Source of the DNA: Camelus ferus
Lineage: Eukaryota
Direction: 5' to 3'
DNA: 64,000 bases
Assembly (NCBI RefSeq): GCF_009834535.1
Contig: NC_045697.1
Location: forward strand, 12,774,001-12,838,000
Shown: one piece after another, positions 1 to 12,020 of the stretch
Numbering within the stretch: position 1 is the stretch's first letter
Layout: each line of letters begins with the position of its first letter
Position numbers and translations under genes: made by a program
Notes under the pieces: model-generated
The model's database searches: none
What the model saw: the letters and a program-made list of their open reading frames with translations, nothing else
Told to the model about the DNA's origin: nothing

Positions 1-731
1 TAGTTGTTGCAGACACTCAGTTTGTACTACTTTGTTATGTCAGCCTTTGCAAATGAACATACTCTGTTTACTCAACTCTCTCTTGCTCTCTCTTTTTAAA
101 CTTTGTGTCATGTGCATACCCACTGGGCTAAAGGTAAACTTCACACCTTGGTACCCTGGCCTGGAGAGCAGTCTGGACTTCTCCAGGTTTTTCTGCTTTG
201 AGTTGTCCTAATACAATCACTTTACTTAGTCCAGATTTGAGACTAACACCCAGGCTCATTGTCAACCAGCTAAGTGGCAGCTGTGCCCAGTTTACCCTGG
301 ATGCCCTGTGGGAGTAACTGTACACCCTCCACAGTCCAGCAGGAGACCACAGTGGTAGACCCTTTCTCGTACCAGGCTAGACAGACCATGTTAAAAAGGC
401 TTTTAGCATAGCTATGAAATTACTTCCACCAGCCATACTAGTGCCACAATTCATTTTTATTATATAGGTCCTTTATTCTATCCTTAACTCTGGAAATAAA
501 ATTTGCCAACTTGGAATGTTAGAATTACTTTAGAAGTGGCTTTAGAGCTATCAAGGTAATTTAAGATGAGGTTAACCATACTTCTATTTAGAAGAAGTCT
601 AGTAACCAGCTTACAATCTTCCAAAACTTTCTGTGGTGTATTTCATAGACATACTTAAATATTAACCATGTGCAACACATCGTGTGGAATATACAAAAGT
701 GAATGTTCGACCAGAGAGCTTCTCTATATGT

Positions 732-890
732 GCAAATTAATAAATGCTTGCTAAGTGAGAGTCCGTTAAGTGGGTTATTAACTCACTCAACAGTGAGTTA
801 CTTGGAAGTCACCTTGTGTCGGGCACTATGTCGTGCCTTGTAGATACGGTAACGCGTGAGATAAATTAGGGCCTGCTCGCAGGAACTTCC
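732..890. mobile_element. Degenerate L2 3'-end remnants
   Basis: 'aattaataaatgcttgctaagtga' and 'actcactcaac...tgtgtcgggcactatg...tagatacggtaac' resemble L2 3' termini in opposite orientations. Confidence 0.4.
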
Positions 891-1649
891 CACCGCAGGA
901 AGAATCTCCTTTCAATTCTCAAGGACTAGGTCCTCTAGAGGGGAGATGAGATAAATGCAAAAATAACTGTATCAAAATCAGATGTGACTAAAGGGACTTA
1001 AATGGCAGGCAAATTTCTATGAGCAAATAGAAGTGTAAAACAATGCAGTTAAAAATGAAGTTGGACAAGTCACTGAAATATCAGTCCAAACCAAGTGTAA
1101 TAATTGTACCAAATTAGTTCCTTAGACCCGTATTCTGGGCAAACTATAAAATGTCTGTGAGACTACTATTCTGCTATTCCTTTCCACCCCTTAATGCCTT
1201 CCCCTTCCCCCCCATTCCAACTTTGCAATCTCAGGAACATACTTTTCATACAAGAAGCTTAGAACATTTATGATGGCACAGATAACAAACAGAATATTAT
1301 TCGAAAATTTCTGAGGTCATTAGCACTAAAATGCAAATTGTACATTTTTTACTGTGCAGTAGAGGGGTGAGTAGGTCAGCATGGCATGTGCATTTCTTTT
1401 GTTACCAATGGTCAGTGGAAGGGGAAAGGGTGTTAATTTATTTGAGAGAGTCTGCTCCAGACTGCTCTACCAGCATGTGCTAGTATAATTAAAATTACTA
1501 GTTGTAATTACTGTAGAAGAAGAGTCAGTTTGGAGAAAACATTCTAAAATGGAAAAAAATCTATTTTTGAGATTTTAATTTCTCTTTGTCAGTGGGGATA
1601 ATTACCACTAATGATTCATCTCACCAGGGATGATGAATGGAGGTAAGAA

Positions 1650-1805
1650 CCAAGCAGGGAGCCTGGATGCTTGGGTTCTAGTTTTGGTTGTGCCATATAA
1701 TCTATGTCATTATGGATTAAAATGAGTTCTCTCTCTGAGCTTTATTATCATCATCTGTGGAATCATGTGCATTGGCCTGGATGGTCATTAAGTTTCCTTT
1801 CAACA
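1650..1805 (+). mobile_element. MIR/MIR3-like SINE remnant
   Basis: 'cttgggttctagttttggttgtgcca...ctctctgagcttt...catctgtggaat...tggatggtcattaagtttcctttcaac'. Confidence 0.45.
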
Positions 1806-1949
1806 GTGAGATTCCATCTTACAAAATTAGCTCAATTAGAGCAAGAGGCCCGTGATGTACACGTCTTGGATTCTTTCTGGCTGGATGCTGGCCAGCTGCT
1901 CGTCCCTGCATAAAGCTGAGCCATCTCCAGTACTGTACGTTATTGAGGA

Positions 1950-2140
1950 AATAGCTAGTAATTAAAGGGAATATTTGTGCCAGACACGATGCCAAGTCTC
2001 TGTTGTGTGATTTTTCACCATAAACCAGGGCATAGGTGCTTATACTATCGACATTTTACAGATGAGAAAAGTGCTCTGGGTCATTCAGTTGGGAAGTAAA
2101 GAACAGATTTCAATCCAGGTGTACCTGACTCCAGAGTCTG
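1950..2140 (-). mobile_element. MIR SINE remnant
   Basis: MIR core 'cattttacagatgagaaaa' and 'gatttcaatccaggtgtacctgactccagag'. Confidence 0.6.
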
Positions 2141-2162
2141 GCCACAGAGCTCAAGGCTTCTC

Positions 2163-2563
2163 TAGTGGGTAGAATGGTGCCCATCCCGCCCTGCAAAAAA
2201 AAAAAAAAAAAAAAAAAAAAGATATGTTCTGCTTTTGGAACCTATGGATATGACCTTATTTTGAGAAAGACTCTCTGTAGATGCAATTAAGTTAAGAATC
2301 TTGAGGTAAGATCATTCTGGATTTAGGGTAGGTCTTAAATCTAATACAAACACCCTTACAAGAGACAGAGAAGGGAACACATGGAGTCACACAGAGGGAG
2401 GGCCATGTGAAGGCAGAAGCAGAGGTTGGAATGGTGCAGCCTCTAGTCAAGGAACAACGGGAGCCTCTAGAAGCAGGAAGAGGCAGGGGAGGCTTTGCCT
2501 CCCGAGCTTTTGGAGAGAGCATGGCCTTGACGGCACCTTGATTTTGGACTTCTGGCCTCTAGA
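2163..2563 (+). mobile_element. MaLR LTR (MLT1B/C-like) with internal A26 run at 2195-2220
   Basis: 'atgaccttatttt...gcaattaagttaag...ggccatgtgaaggcagaagcagaggttggaatggtgcagc...caccttgattttggacttctggcctctagaa'. Confidence 0.8.
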
Positions 2564-3329
2564 AGTCGGCTGGATCTTTAAAATCATAGGAAGGTTTTCT
2601 TAAGTGCATACAGAAGGGCTTGGGCCAGATAAACTGAATGAGGATGATATTTGCACACAAGGCCATTCAGTTGCCACCAGCCCACAGAAAACTGCACCCT
2701 GGGAATGACACCCCTGACCCCACATCCACCCTGTGTACCATGGCTCTCACCTGTGTCAGAGTCACTGCAGTTAGCCACGTCCCGGGTGACTCCCTCAGTA
2801 AAAGATCCAGAATTCCACGCTGTGGGCTCCCTGAACTTTCCTTGGGCTTATTGTTACTCAGAAATTACTGATAAAATATTGCAATGGGTCAGTACAATTT
2901 TAGTTTTCAGGGTAAAATATTAACATACTCCAAAGAGAGAAGAAAAATAATGTCAGTCACGGTGTTCATGGAGCTGTCCCTTTTCCTGATCATCTGAAAG
3001 GTAGATCAAAATTCTTTAGCAAGATGGTAGGAAAGTTAAGGTGGAACTCAGGTAAACTCTCCAACCTCAAATCTCAGGGGGTGGGTGTATTTATTGTTTA
3101 GTGTTATCATAGATACTTGGCTTAGTGTAGAATAATCCTTTGCAGAAATGCAATCTTGGCTAAAATGTGACCTTGTTTCCTCTTTATAAAATTTGAAGCT
3201 ACCATTTTTTTTTTGGTCCAACTTCTAGGTAAAGAGGACTTTACTTCTGGGAAGTCTCACAATAAGCTTAGATAAAAGTATTGCGAGAATATAAATCTAC
3301 ATGTATCATAGTAAATGAAGTAATCTCAG

Positions 3330-3460
3330 AGGGACGGTTTCCTAGTCTGTAAAAAGATAATGGAAATGACACCTAACTTGCAGGAATCTTTGCAAGACAA
3401 CAATGTGAACCAGATGGTAACTAATACAGTGCTTGGCACAGATAGGTGTGGCCAATGTTG
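3330..3460 (+). mobile_element. MIR remnant
   Basis: 'ggtttcctagtctgtaaaaag...acctaacttgcagg...acagtgcttggcacagatagg'. Confidence 0.45.
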
Positions 3461-4269
3461 GTTTTGTTTTTACTAGTGTTTTTTAATGGACTTGACATAA
3501 ATTTCCTCTTTCAGTCTCATCTGCTTTATGTTTTCCTAAGTACATGTTTCTCATAAATAACTTTTTAGCAAGAAATTATTCTAGAGTATTCTATATTTAT
3601 TAATATACTTTTAGGAATTTTTGTTAGGTGTTTATTTAGAAAAGATGTGCGATCATTGTTTAATGGAGTGGTCATAAAAGCAATGCTGTAAATAAGGAAA
3701 GATAATGTACTATGGTTAAGTAATAATTTTATCTCCTCACATGCTTGACTGACTCAAGAATACTTTTATTTGGTTCCGTAGGGAAGAAGAAGGGACCCCT
3801 TTCCCTTTGAACTCCAAGGACTAAAAGCAATTAAAGATCATTCTTGATTTTTGTCATTTTATTGAGCTCTTTGGCAGAATATATTCTGTGTGTATTTGGG
3901 GAAAGGAGATATTTCCAAGGAAATTAGATTTTTTAAACTTATATTTTGCCTTGATTCTGTGGTAAAAATAATGTTTTATTAGTTAAGGATTTGCAAGAAT
4001 TTTTCTCCCTTTTCCCTATATCTTCTGTCTAAGTAGCACAGAAGATCCTCCTGATAAATCGATAGAGTTTGTTAATCACAGATTACTGGAAAACTGTGTT
4101 TTGGTAAATGATAAGATTTGCTTATTTCACTAGAAGACAGTAAATAATGTACAAGAATTCATATCAGTACAATATTATGGAAAATGTCAACAACCTTAGA
4201 TTGTCTATTGGTGTAAAATGATTAAACAAGTAATTGGAATTCCTTTTAAATTTTTACAATAATGTAAGT

Positions 4270-4420
4270 TAGTATTTATTAAATGTTTGCTGTGCTCTGA
4301 GAGTCGTTCTAAAACTTTGCGTACATAATCTCATGTAATCTTCTTCTTGTAGCCATTTAAACGGTGAGGAAATTGGAGCTCAGAGAGATCATATGATTTG
4401 CCTAAGGTCACATAGAAACA
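4270..4420 (-). mobile_element. MIR remnant
   Basis: 'ggtgaggaaattggagctcagagagatcatatgatttgcctaaggtcaca'. Confidence 0.6.
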
Positions 4421-4724
4421 GTAACAGTGATTGTTAATAGTAGCTGCTAACAGTAGTACAGTAGTGATAGTCAAACTGTTAGCATAGAACAGTGTCTGTT
4501 ACTGACCCGAAGGGTCAAGACCATACACGATTTATTATTATCACCATGTGCTTAATGAAGGAATGTTTCACACTAAACTGCATGCAGATCCGCCCATGCA
4601 TGTTTTGGTTAAGCTAAATGTTTTGGTTAAGTTTCATCGACGCAGAATAGTATCAATACAGTCAATTATCCCAAAATATTTAGCATTACATTGAGAGCTG
4701 GTAGAGGAAAGTGGCAAGCCCTTT

Positions 4725-5225
4725 TGTTAGTTACCTATTTCTACGTAAACTAAAACAAACTTAGGGACTTAAAATAACAGACATTTATGTTTCTCACAGT
4801 GCTGTAGGTGAGGAGTCTGCACAGCTTTCCTGAGTCCTCTGCTTCAAAGTCTCTGATGACGCTCCAATCAAGTGACAGCAAGGGTTGGAGTGTCATATGA
4901 AAAGGGGAAGGATCTGCTTCCAAGCTGTTTGCAAAATTATGTTCTTTTTTGGGTGGCTTGAGTGTCAGTGTTTCTAGCTTGCTGTTGACAGGAGGCAGTC
5001 CTCAGTTCCTTGCTCCATGGGCTTTCCCAACATCGCAGCTTGCTTCATTGGGTGAGGAAGAGAGTCTGCTACCAAGGTGGAAGTCAGATTTTTTGAAACC
5101 TAACCACAAAAATGACTTTTCCTAATTTTGAAAAATTCTATTAGTTACCAAAGGGAGAGGACTGTGAAAGGCTGAATATCATGTGTCAGGAATCACTGAG
5201 GTCCACCTTAGAAGAAACCTACTCT
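4725..5225 (-). mobile_element. MaLR LTR (older MLT1 subfamily)
   Basis: 'aaacttagggacttaaaataacagacatttatgtttctcacagtgctgtaggtgaggagtctg...ggaaggatctgcttccaagct'. Confidence 0.6.
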
Positions 5226-5445
5226 AAATCTTCCCTCTTTTTTGCCATGTTGCTATTTCATAGAAAGCTTGCTGGGAATAATTAAAGAGGGAGCAAGTCT
5301 CTTAAATTGGGTTTCCTGTCACTGAAAATTTTTTCTGTTGCCTCTGATGTAATTTGGCTCTTTATTTACCCTTTTGGATTTTACAGCTCTCTAGGTGTTC
5401 ATTCTCTATAGACGGCGCCTCCTGTTGTCACATCAAGGTGTGTAG

Positions 5446-7260
5446 TTTATTTTTTAATAGACTATTTTTTAGAGCAGTATTGGGTTCACAGCAAAACTGA
5501 GCAGAAAATAAAGAGTTTCCATATATCCTCTGACCGCACACATACTCAAGCCTCCCCCACTATCAATATTCCACATCGTTTGTTACAACCGATCAACCTA
5601 CAGTAATACGTCTTTATGCCCAAAGCCCGTAACTTACATTCAGGTTCATTCTGAGTGTTGTACATGCTATAGGTTTTGACAAATTTATAATAACATGTAT
5701 CCACCATTACAGTGTCACACAGAATAGTTTTGCTGCTGTTAACATTCTTTACACTCCCCTGGCAACCACTAATCTGTTTGTTTTCCAGAGTGTCATATGG
5801 TTGGAATCATATAGCATGTAGCATTTTGAGATTGGTTTCTTCCATTTAGTAATATGCTCTTTAGTTTCCTTCATGTCTTTTTATGGCTTGATAGCTAATT
5901 TTTCTTTAGTGCCAAATAATATTCCACTGTCTCAGTGTATCACAGTTTATTTATCTGTTCATCTACTGAAGGACATGTTGGTTGCATCCAAGTTTTAACA
6001 ATTATGAATCAAGATCTGTGTGCAGATTTTTGTGTGGACCTAAGTTTTTAACTCATATGGATAAATAGCAAGGAGCACGATTACTGGATCACACGGTAAA
6101 CTATGTTTAGTCCTACAGCTAACTGATAAACTGTTGTTTGAAGTGGCTGTACTGTTTTCCATCCCCACCAGCAGCGAATGAGTGTCCCTGTTGCTCCACA
6201 TCCTGTGTCCTTGCCAGCAACTGGTGTCAGTGTTCCAGATTTTGGCCATTCCAAAAAGTTTGCAATGGTATCTCATTGTTTTAATTTGCAATTCCCTAAT
6301 GACATATAATTTGGAGCACACTTTCATATGTTTATTTGCCATGTATGCCTTCTATGTTGAGGTGTCTTTTCAGGTCCTTTGCTTATTTCTAACCAGATAG
6401 TTCATTTTCTTATTATTGAGTTTCAAGGATTCTATGTGTATTTTAGATGACAGTCCTTATCAAATATGTCTTTTATGATATTTTTCTCCCAGTCTGTGAC
6501 TTGTCTTCTCATTCTCTTGACATTGGTTTTCACAGAGCAGAAGTTTTTAATTTTAATAAAGTATTGTTTGTCAATGAATTATTTCAAGTGTGCCTTTGTT
6601 GTTGTATCTAAGAAAGTCATCATCGAATCCCAAAGTCATCTGCATTTTCTTCTATGTTACCTACTAAGAGTTTTATGTTTTGCATTTTACATTTAGATAT
6701 ATGATTAATTTTGTGTTAGTCTTTGTGAAGGGTGTAAGGTCTACGTTGAGATTTTTCTTTTTTTGCATGTGGGTGTCCATTTGTTCCAATATTTGTTGAA
6801 AAGTCTATTTTCTCCATTATATTGCCTTTGTTCCTTTGTCAAAGATCAGTTACTTGTATTTATGTGGGTCTGTTTCTGGGCTCTCTATTCTATTCCATCG
6901 ATCTGTTGTGTATTCTTTTGTTAATACCATGCTTTTTTATTACTGTAGCTCTATGATAAGCCTTTAGGTTGAGGAGTGTTTGTCCTCTGTTTTTTTCCAT
7001 TAATATTGTGTTAGCTATTCTGCATCTTTTGCATCTCCATATACATTTTAGAATCAGTTTGTTGATATCCACAAAATAGCTTGCTGGGATTTTATTGGGA
7101 TTGTGTTGAGTTTATAGATCAAGCTGGGAAGAACTAACATCTTGGCAATACTGAGTCTTCCTATCCATGATCATGGACTATTTCTCCATTTATTTAATTC
7201 TTCTCTGATTTCTTTAATCAGAGCTTTGTAGTTTTCCTTATATAGAGCTTGTGCATACTT
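5446..7260 (-). mobile_element. Old L1 (L1MC-like) 3' UTR and ORF2 end; left part
   Basis: 'tttttaatagactattttttagagcagt...ttcacagcaaaactgagcag'. Minus-strand ORFs 6040-6342 (MANKHMK...IRELQIKTMRYH) and 6890-7072 (KLILKCIW...RIANTIL) are decayed L1 ORF2. Confidence 0.85.
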
Positions 7261-8530
7261 CTTTTTTTTTTTTTGAAACATCCAGCAAATATTTTAATTT
7301 CATTTTTTCTTTTTTAGATTTTTTCCATTATAGTTTACTACAAGAGATTAAATATAGTTCCCTGTGCTATACAGTAGGGCCTTGTTCTTTGTCTATTTTA
7401 TATATAGTAATTTGTATGTGATAATCTCAAACACCTGATCTACCCCTCCCCCTGATTTCCCTTTGTTAACTGTCAGTTTGTTTTCTAGGTCTGTGAGTAT
7501 ATTTCTGCTTTGTAAATTAGTTTATTTGTATTATTTTTTAGATTCCACACATAAGTGATATCATATGATATTTGTGTTTCTCTTTCTGACTTACTTCACT
7601 TAGATAACCTCTAGGTGTATCCACGTTGCTGCAAATGGTATTATTTCTTTCTTTTTTATGACTGAGTAATATTCCATTGTATGTATGTCTTTTCTGAATA
7701 TATGCCAGAGTGGGATTGACGGATTATATAGTATTTCATTTTTTGAGGAACCTCCATACTGTTTTCCACAATGGCTACACCAAGCTACATTCCCACAAAT
7801 GGTGTGGAGGGCTCCCTTTTCTCCATACCCTTTCCAGCATTTATTATTTGTAGGCATTTTAATAATGGCCACTCTGACTGGTGTGAGTTGATACCTCACT
7901 GTAGTTTTGATTTGCATTTCTCTGATAATTAGTGATATTGAGCATCTTTTCATGTGCATATTGGTCATCCATATGTCTTCATTGGAGAAACATCTGTTTA
8001 GGTCCTCTGCTCATTTTTTGATTGGGTTATTTATTTTTTTGTAACTGAGTTGTATGAGCTGTTTGCATATTTTGGAAATTAAGGCCTCATGAGTTGCATC
8101 ATTTGTAAATATTTTCTCCCATTCTGTAGGTTGTTTTTACGTTTTGTTTATGGTTTCCTTTGCTGTAGAAAAACTTATAAATTTGATTAGATCCCTTTTG
8201 TTTAATTTTTGCTTTTATTTCTCTTCCCTGGGGAGACTGACCTAAGAAAATTCATGCCAAAGAATGTTTTGCCTATGTCCTCTTCTAGGAGTTTTATGGT
8301 GTCATGTCTTATAGTTAAGTATTTAGCCATTTTGAGTTTATTTTTGTGTATGGTGTGAGGGAGTGTTCTACTTTCACTGATTTATGTGCAGCTGCCCAGC
8401 TTTCCCAACATCACATGCTGAGGAGATTGTCTTTTCTGCATTGTATATTCTTGCCTCCTTTGTCATAGATTAATTGACCACAGATATGTGGGTTTATTTC
8501 TGGGCTCTCTATTCTGTTGCATTGATCCAT
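7261..8530 (-). mobile_element. Younger artiodactyl/camelid L1 (5'-truncated) nested in the older L1
   Basis: Poly(T) at 7262-7274. ORF 7600-7968 '[32 protein letters not shown]...CWKGYGEKG' is the L1 ORF2 C-terminus. Imperfect TSD ttgtgcatacttctt / ttgaacatattctt. Confidence 0.9.
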
Positions 8531-9105
8531 ATTGAACATATTCTTATTTTAGATATTTTCCCAAGTATTTAATCTTGGGGTCTAACTAATGCAAGTTTTA
8601 ATTTCAAATTCCAGTTTTATGTATAGATTATATGTAAATAATTTTTGTTTATTAACCTTGGATCTAGCATCCCTGCTATAATTGCTATTAGTTTCAGGAG
8701 TTTTTTTTTTGTTTTTTGGGTTTTTTTTTTTTTGTCATTTTTGACTCTTCCAGATTTTCTACACAATCATGCCATCTGCAAATAAAGATAGTTTTATTTC
8801 TTACTTTCCAATTTATATGCTTTCTATCTTCTTTTCTTGTCTATTTATTAACTAGAACTTCCAATATTATGTTGAAAAGGAGGAAACTTTTTTCTGATCT
8901 TAGAGGGAAATCTTACAGTTTCTCACCATTAAGTATTATATTAGATTTAAGTTTTTTGTAGATTTAAAAAAAATTAAACTGGGGAAGTTACCTGCTGTTC
9001 TTCATTTTCTGAGAGTTTTTAATAATGAATAGTTATTGAATTTATCAATTTTTCCCATCTATTAATGTGATCATATGTCTTTTCTTCTTTAGCCTGTTGG
9101 TGTGT
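8531..9105 (-). mobile_element. Old L1 (L1MC-like) continuation after the nested insertion
   Basis: L1 ORF2 antisense text resumes: 'acaatcatgccatctgcaaataaagatagtttt...gatcttagagggaaa...tctcaccattaagtat'. Confidence 0.75.
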
Positions 9106-10409
9106 AGTCTATTATTTTTTCACTTAGCACTATTTGGGAAGGTGAATGTAGTTTTGACTAAGTAATTCAATTCAAGAGGAAGAAATTGCCCACATTTTCA
9201 AGAAATCTTCTCCAGTGCAGCCTTATGGTAGTAACACTAGTATATTCATATCTACCTGTGACTTCTTACCATTGCTCAATTGCTTTAGAATTTATAGAGA
9301 GGAAAGAGTGTGACTGATTTTTACCAAATAAAAAGAGCCCTGAGAATTCTTAACAAAAGTAGTACCAAGCTTATAAGAATGTTTAATGTATTAGAAGAGA
9401 CAGTGTTCAATAGAGGTAAGGTAAGTACTTGGTACCTGGTAAACAATCAATAGTTACTTCTTCATTTTCTTACTTTCTTTTTCTTCTTCCTGTGATGATG
9501 GTGATGATGATGATGGCTGTGATCAGACTGTTTTCTGAGTACTATGCTACATGTTTTCTGCTACCTAGACTGCAAACTCATGTTTCCAAGGTTGTACTAC
9601 ATGTGCTAAACATTTTTACTGTATTACATATCCTACTACATAGGCTCAGGTAAGGTGCAACATAAAAATAATATAAATTTTAATAAGGGCATGTGTTTAT
9701 TTTTCCTTGTATATAGTTAAGGGGAAACTATGGAAGGGGTAATGATATATCAACTTTCATGCTAAAAATGCAAGTAAAGAATACTACTATGGAATAACAT
9801 ATGTAAAATATTTTCCTAGTAGGAGCATCCTGGCTAAGGAGAGGAATAGATGCTCGGAAAGGTCATTGAGAGGCTAAGTTTCCAGTGCTTGCGATTCCAC
9901 TGTATCCTGGATTGAGAGGGTTGGAAAAGAACCAAATTACTCCGTGAAAAGAAGTTGGGAATGAGATTTGGAGACTGTATAGCAGAAAGAGAGATGGCAT
10001 CTTGCAGGTGATAGCAAAAGAGGGCTGGTGATGGGGGCAGAATTTTATATTGGTGCTTGTAGTTTGGTGGCAACACAAACTCTCTTTTATTTGTTACAAG
10101 CTTTTTCAGTAAGTGCCAATAAAACTGCATTGCTTATGAGCAGTTTAATGAAAAGATGTGTTTTGAAGGGAGAACATACAGGACTAAACCTTTTTTTAAA
10201 GATTGGTTTGGCATGAAAACAAAGGCTACTCATTGAAAACCAGGCACATATTCGCTAATAATTCGAATTCCCTGGTATGCGTGGTGATGCGCTACCCACT
10301 GTTGATGCGGAACTGAGCGTGATGTAGACCCTGTGAAGACAGAGGCCACAGTCCTTACTGCAGCATATCCTATAAATCTCATAGTGTATCAGTTGAAAAC
10401 CTGTTTAAA

Positions 10410-10670
10410 GGATTATTGATGAATGTGCCTTGAAAAAGGATTCATTGATTAGAGAGGTTTGGAAAACTCAGCATGCTCTAAATCCTCTTGGAGATTCCCA
10501 AAGCTCTTTAGTACATTAAAGACTGAGATGTCTGTAATTAAATGTACTCCATCATCACATGTACTTATTTAACTTTGTTTAAGCCAGTCTTTCCCAAATG
10601 TATTTGCTCGTGAAACTCATTTTTAAAAGAACATTCCTATTATCTCCTCTTCGACAATGTTCCTTGGGAA
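10410..10670. mobile_element. Probable ancient hAT-type MER remnant
   Basis: 'cttggagattccc...cattaaagactgagatgtctg...tttaactttgtttaagccagtctttcccaaatgtattt'; similar text at 30640-30875. Confidence 0.35.
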
Positions 10671-10827
10671 AGTATCACTTATAAAACACAACTTAGCGGA
10701 AAAAGTAAAGTACAGAATGTTATGTTTTTGTAAGGGGACATGAGCTGGTTAACATGATAGCATATTGAAAAGAGCTATCATTCTCTTTGAAGTTCTCTGA
10801 GGATGCTCACCCTATTAGGTCATTCTA

Positions 10828-11222
10828 TAAGTTAGGGTAAGTAATAAAAGCTGCTGTAACAAACAATTCCTAAATATTGATGACTGAGACATGTAAAAGT
10901 TTATTTCTTGCTTAGGTCACAGTTGCAATGCTGATCGGCAGGGAACATTGATCTGTGAAGTCATCCAGTGAGTCAGAGTTCTTGAAATCATATTCTGAAG
11001 CATCATGGGCTTTCCCTCGACTCTGTTACCTTATGAGCAGAAGAGATTCCTCACAGAGAATCATGCAGATAATTTGGGGAAGCATACCTAGAAATGGCAA
11101 ATACCATTTCTGCCCACATTTCATTGTCCGGAGCTTGGTCATATGGTGGCCTCACATCTATGACAGTGCTAAGCAAGAAAAGGAGAACACAGATAAGGGT
11201 GAGCACTTGCTGTTCCTATCAC
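10828..11222 (-). mobile_element. MaLR LTR (MLT1J/K-like)
   Basis: 'gctgctgtaacaaacaattcc...aaagtttatttcttgct...cctagaaatggca...catttctgcccacatttcattg'. Confidence 0.55.
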
Positions 11223-11239
11223 AAATTTTGAAAAGTATC

Positions 11240-12020
11240 TAAGAGTTTACTAGTGGGACGAAGTAGGTAAGGATATTTTAGGCACAAGGAGCTACATGAA
11301 TAGAGGGCACAGATTCATAAAATGGAAGGAGGTTTTGAATAACTGTGAAGTTCAGGTGGCAGATGAGTCTGCAGAGACAGTTTGGGAATAGACTGTAAAG
11401 GATCATGCTAAGGATTTTGGACTTTGTATTGGAAATGATTGGGAATCAATGAAGGTTTTCAAGGTGAGTACATGAACATATTTATTCTATATAAGCAGCT
11501 CTGAGAAGAGTGTCCAAGATGGACTGGAGAGATAAGAGACTTGTGGAGAGAGAATAGTAGACAAGAAACTGTTGCACTTACCTGGAAGAGAGGGTTCATT
11601 ATGAGGATAGCATTGAAGATGAAGAGGATAAGCTAAACTGGGTAATTTCTTGGAGAAAGTAAGATTTGATAAAGGGTTTGTGGTGGTGGATGACTAGAAG
11701 AGAGAAATGACTTTAAAGTTTCTGGTTGTTGTACTTGAGAGGATGGTGTACATATTTACCAAATATTTTGGAACTGGAGCAGATTTTGGGGTAAAGATAA
11801 TTACTTCATATTTTACTTTGAGTTAAATGTGACTGTTGGAGGTATGTGGCTGGAGTTTGAAAGAGAATAACGTTGCTTGGAGAGAAATAAGCACACAGAC
11901 TCAACTAGAAATCTTGAGAATCAATGAAGTTACCCATAGGTCACGATTAGAAAAAACAATGGAAAGAGAGCCAAGGAGAGAACTCTAAACAAAGCTGAGA
12001 GTTAAGTGATGGGTAAGGAA
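11240..12020 (-). mobile_element. L2 LINE remnant
   Basis: Purine-rich L2 antisense text: 'catgctaaggattttggactttg...gggaatcaatgaaggttttcaag...gactttaaagtttctgg'. Confidence 0.55.

Noticed and set aside
6040..7968. ORFs of 100 and 122 aa
   Set aside because: Decayed L1 ORF2 fragments, as are those at 37647-38056 and 59790-60564
9491..9540. C/D-box snoRNA-like TGATGA...CTGA (also ~63425-63460)
   Set aside because: Arises from short (TGA)n repeats; spacing too short and no terminal stem
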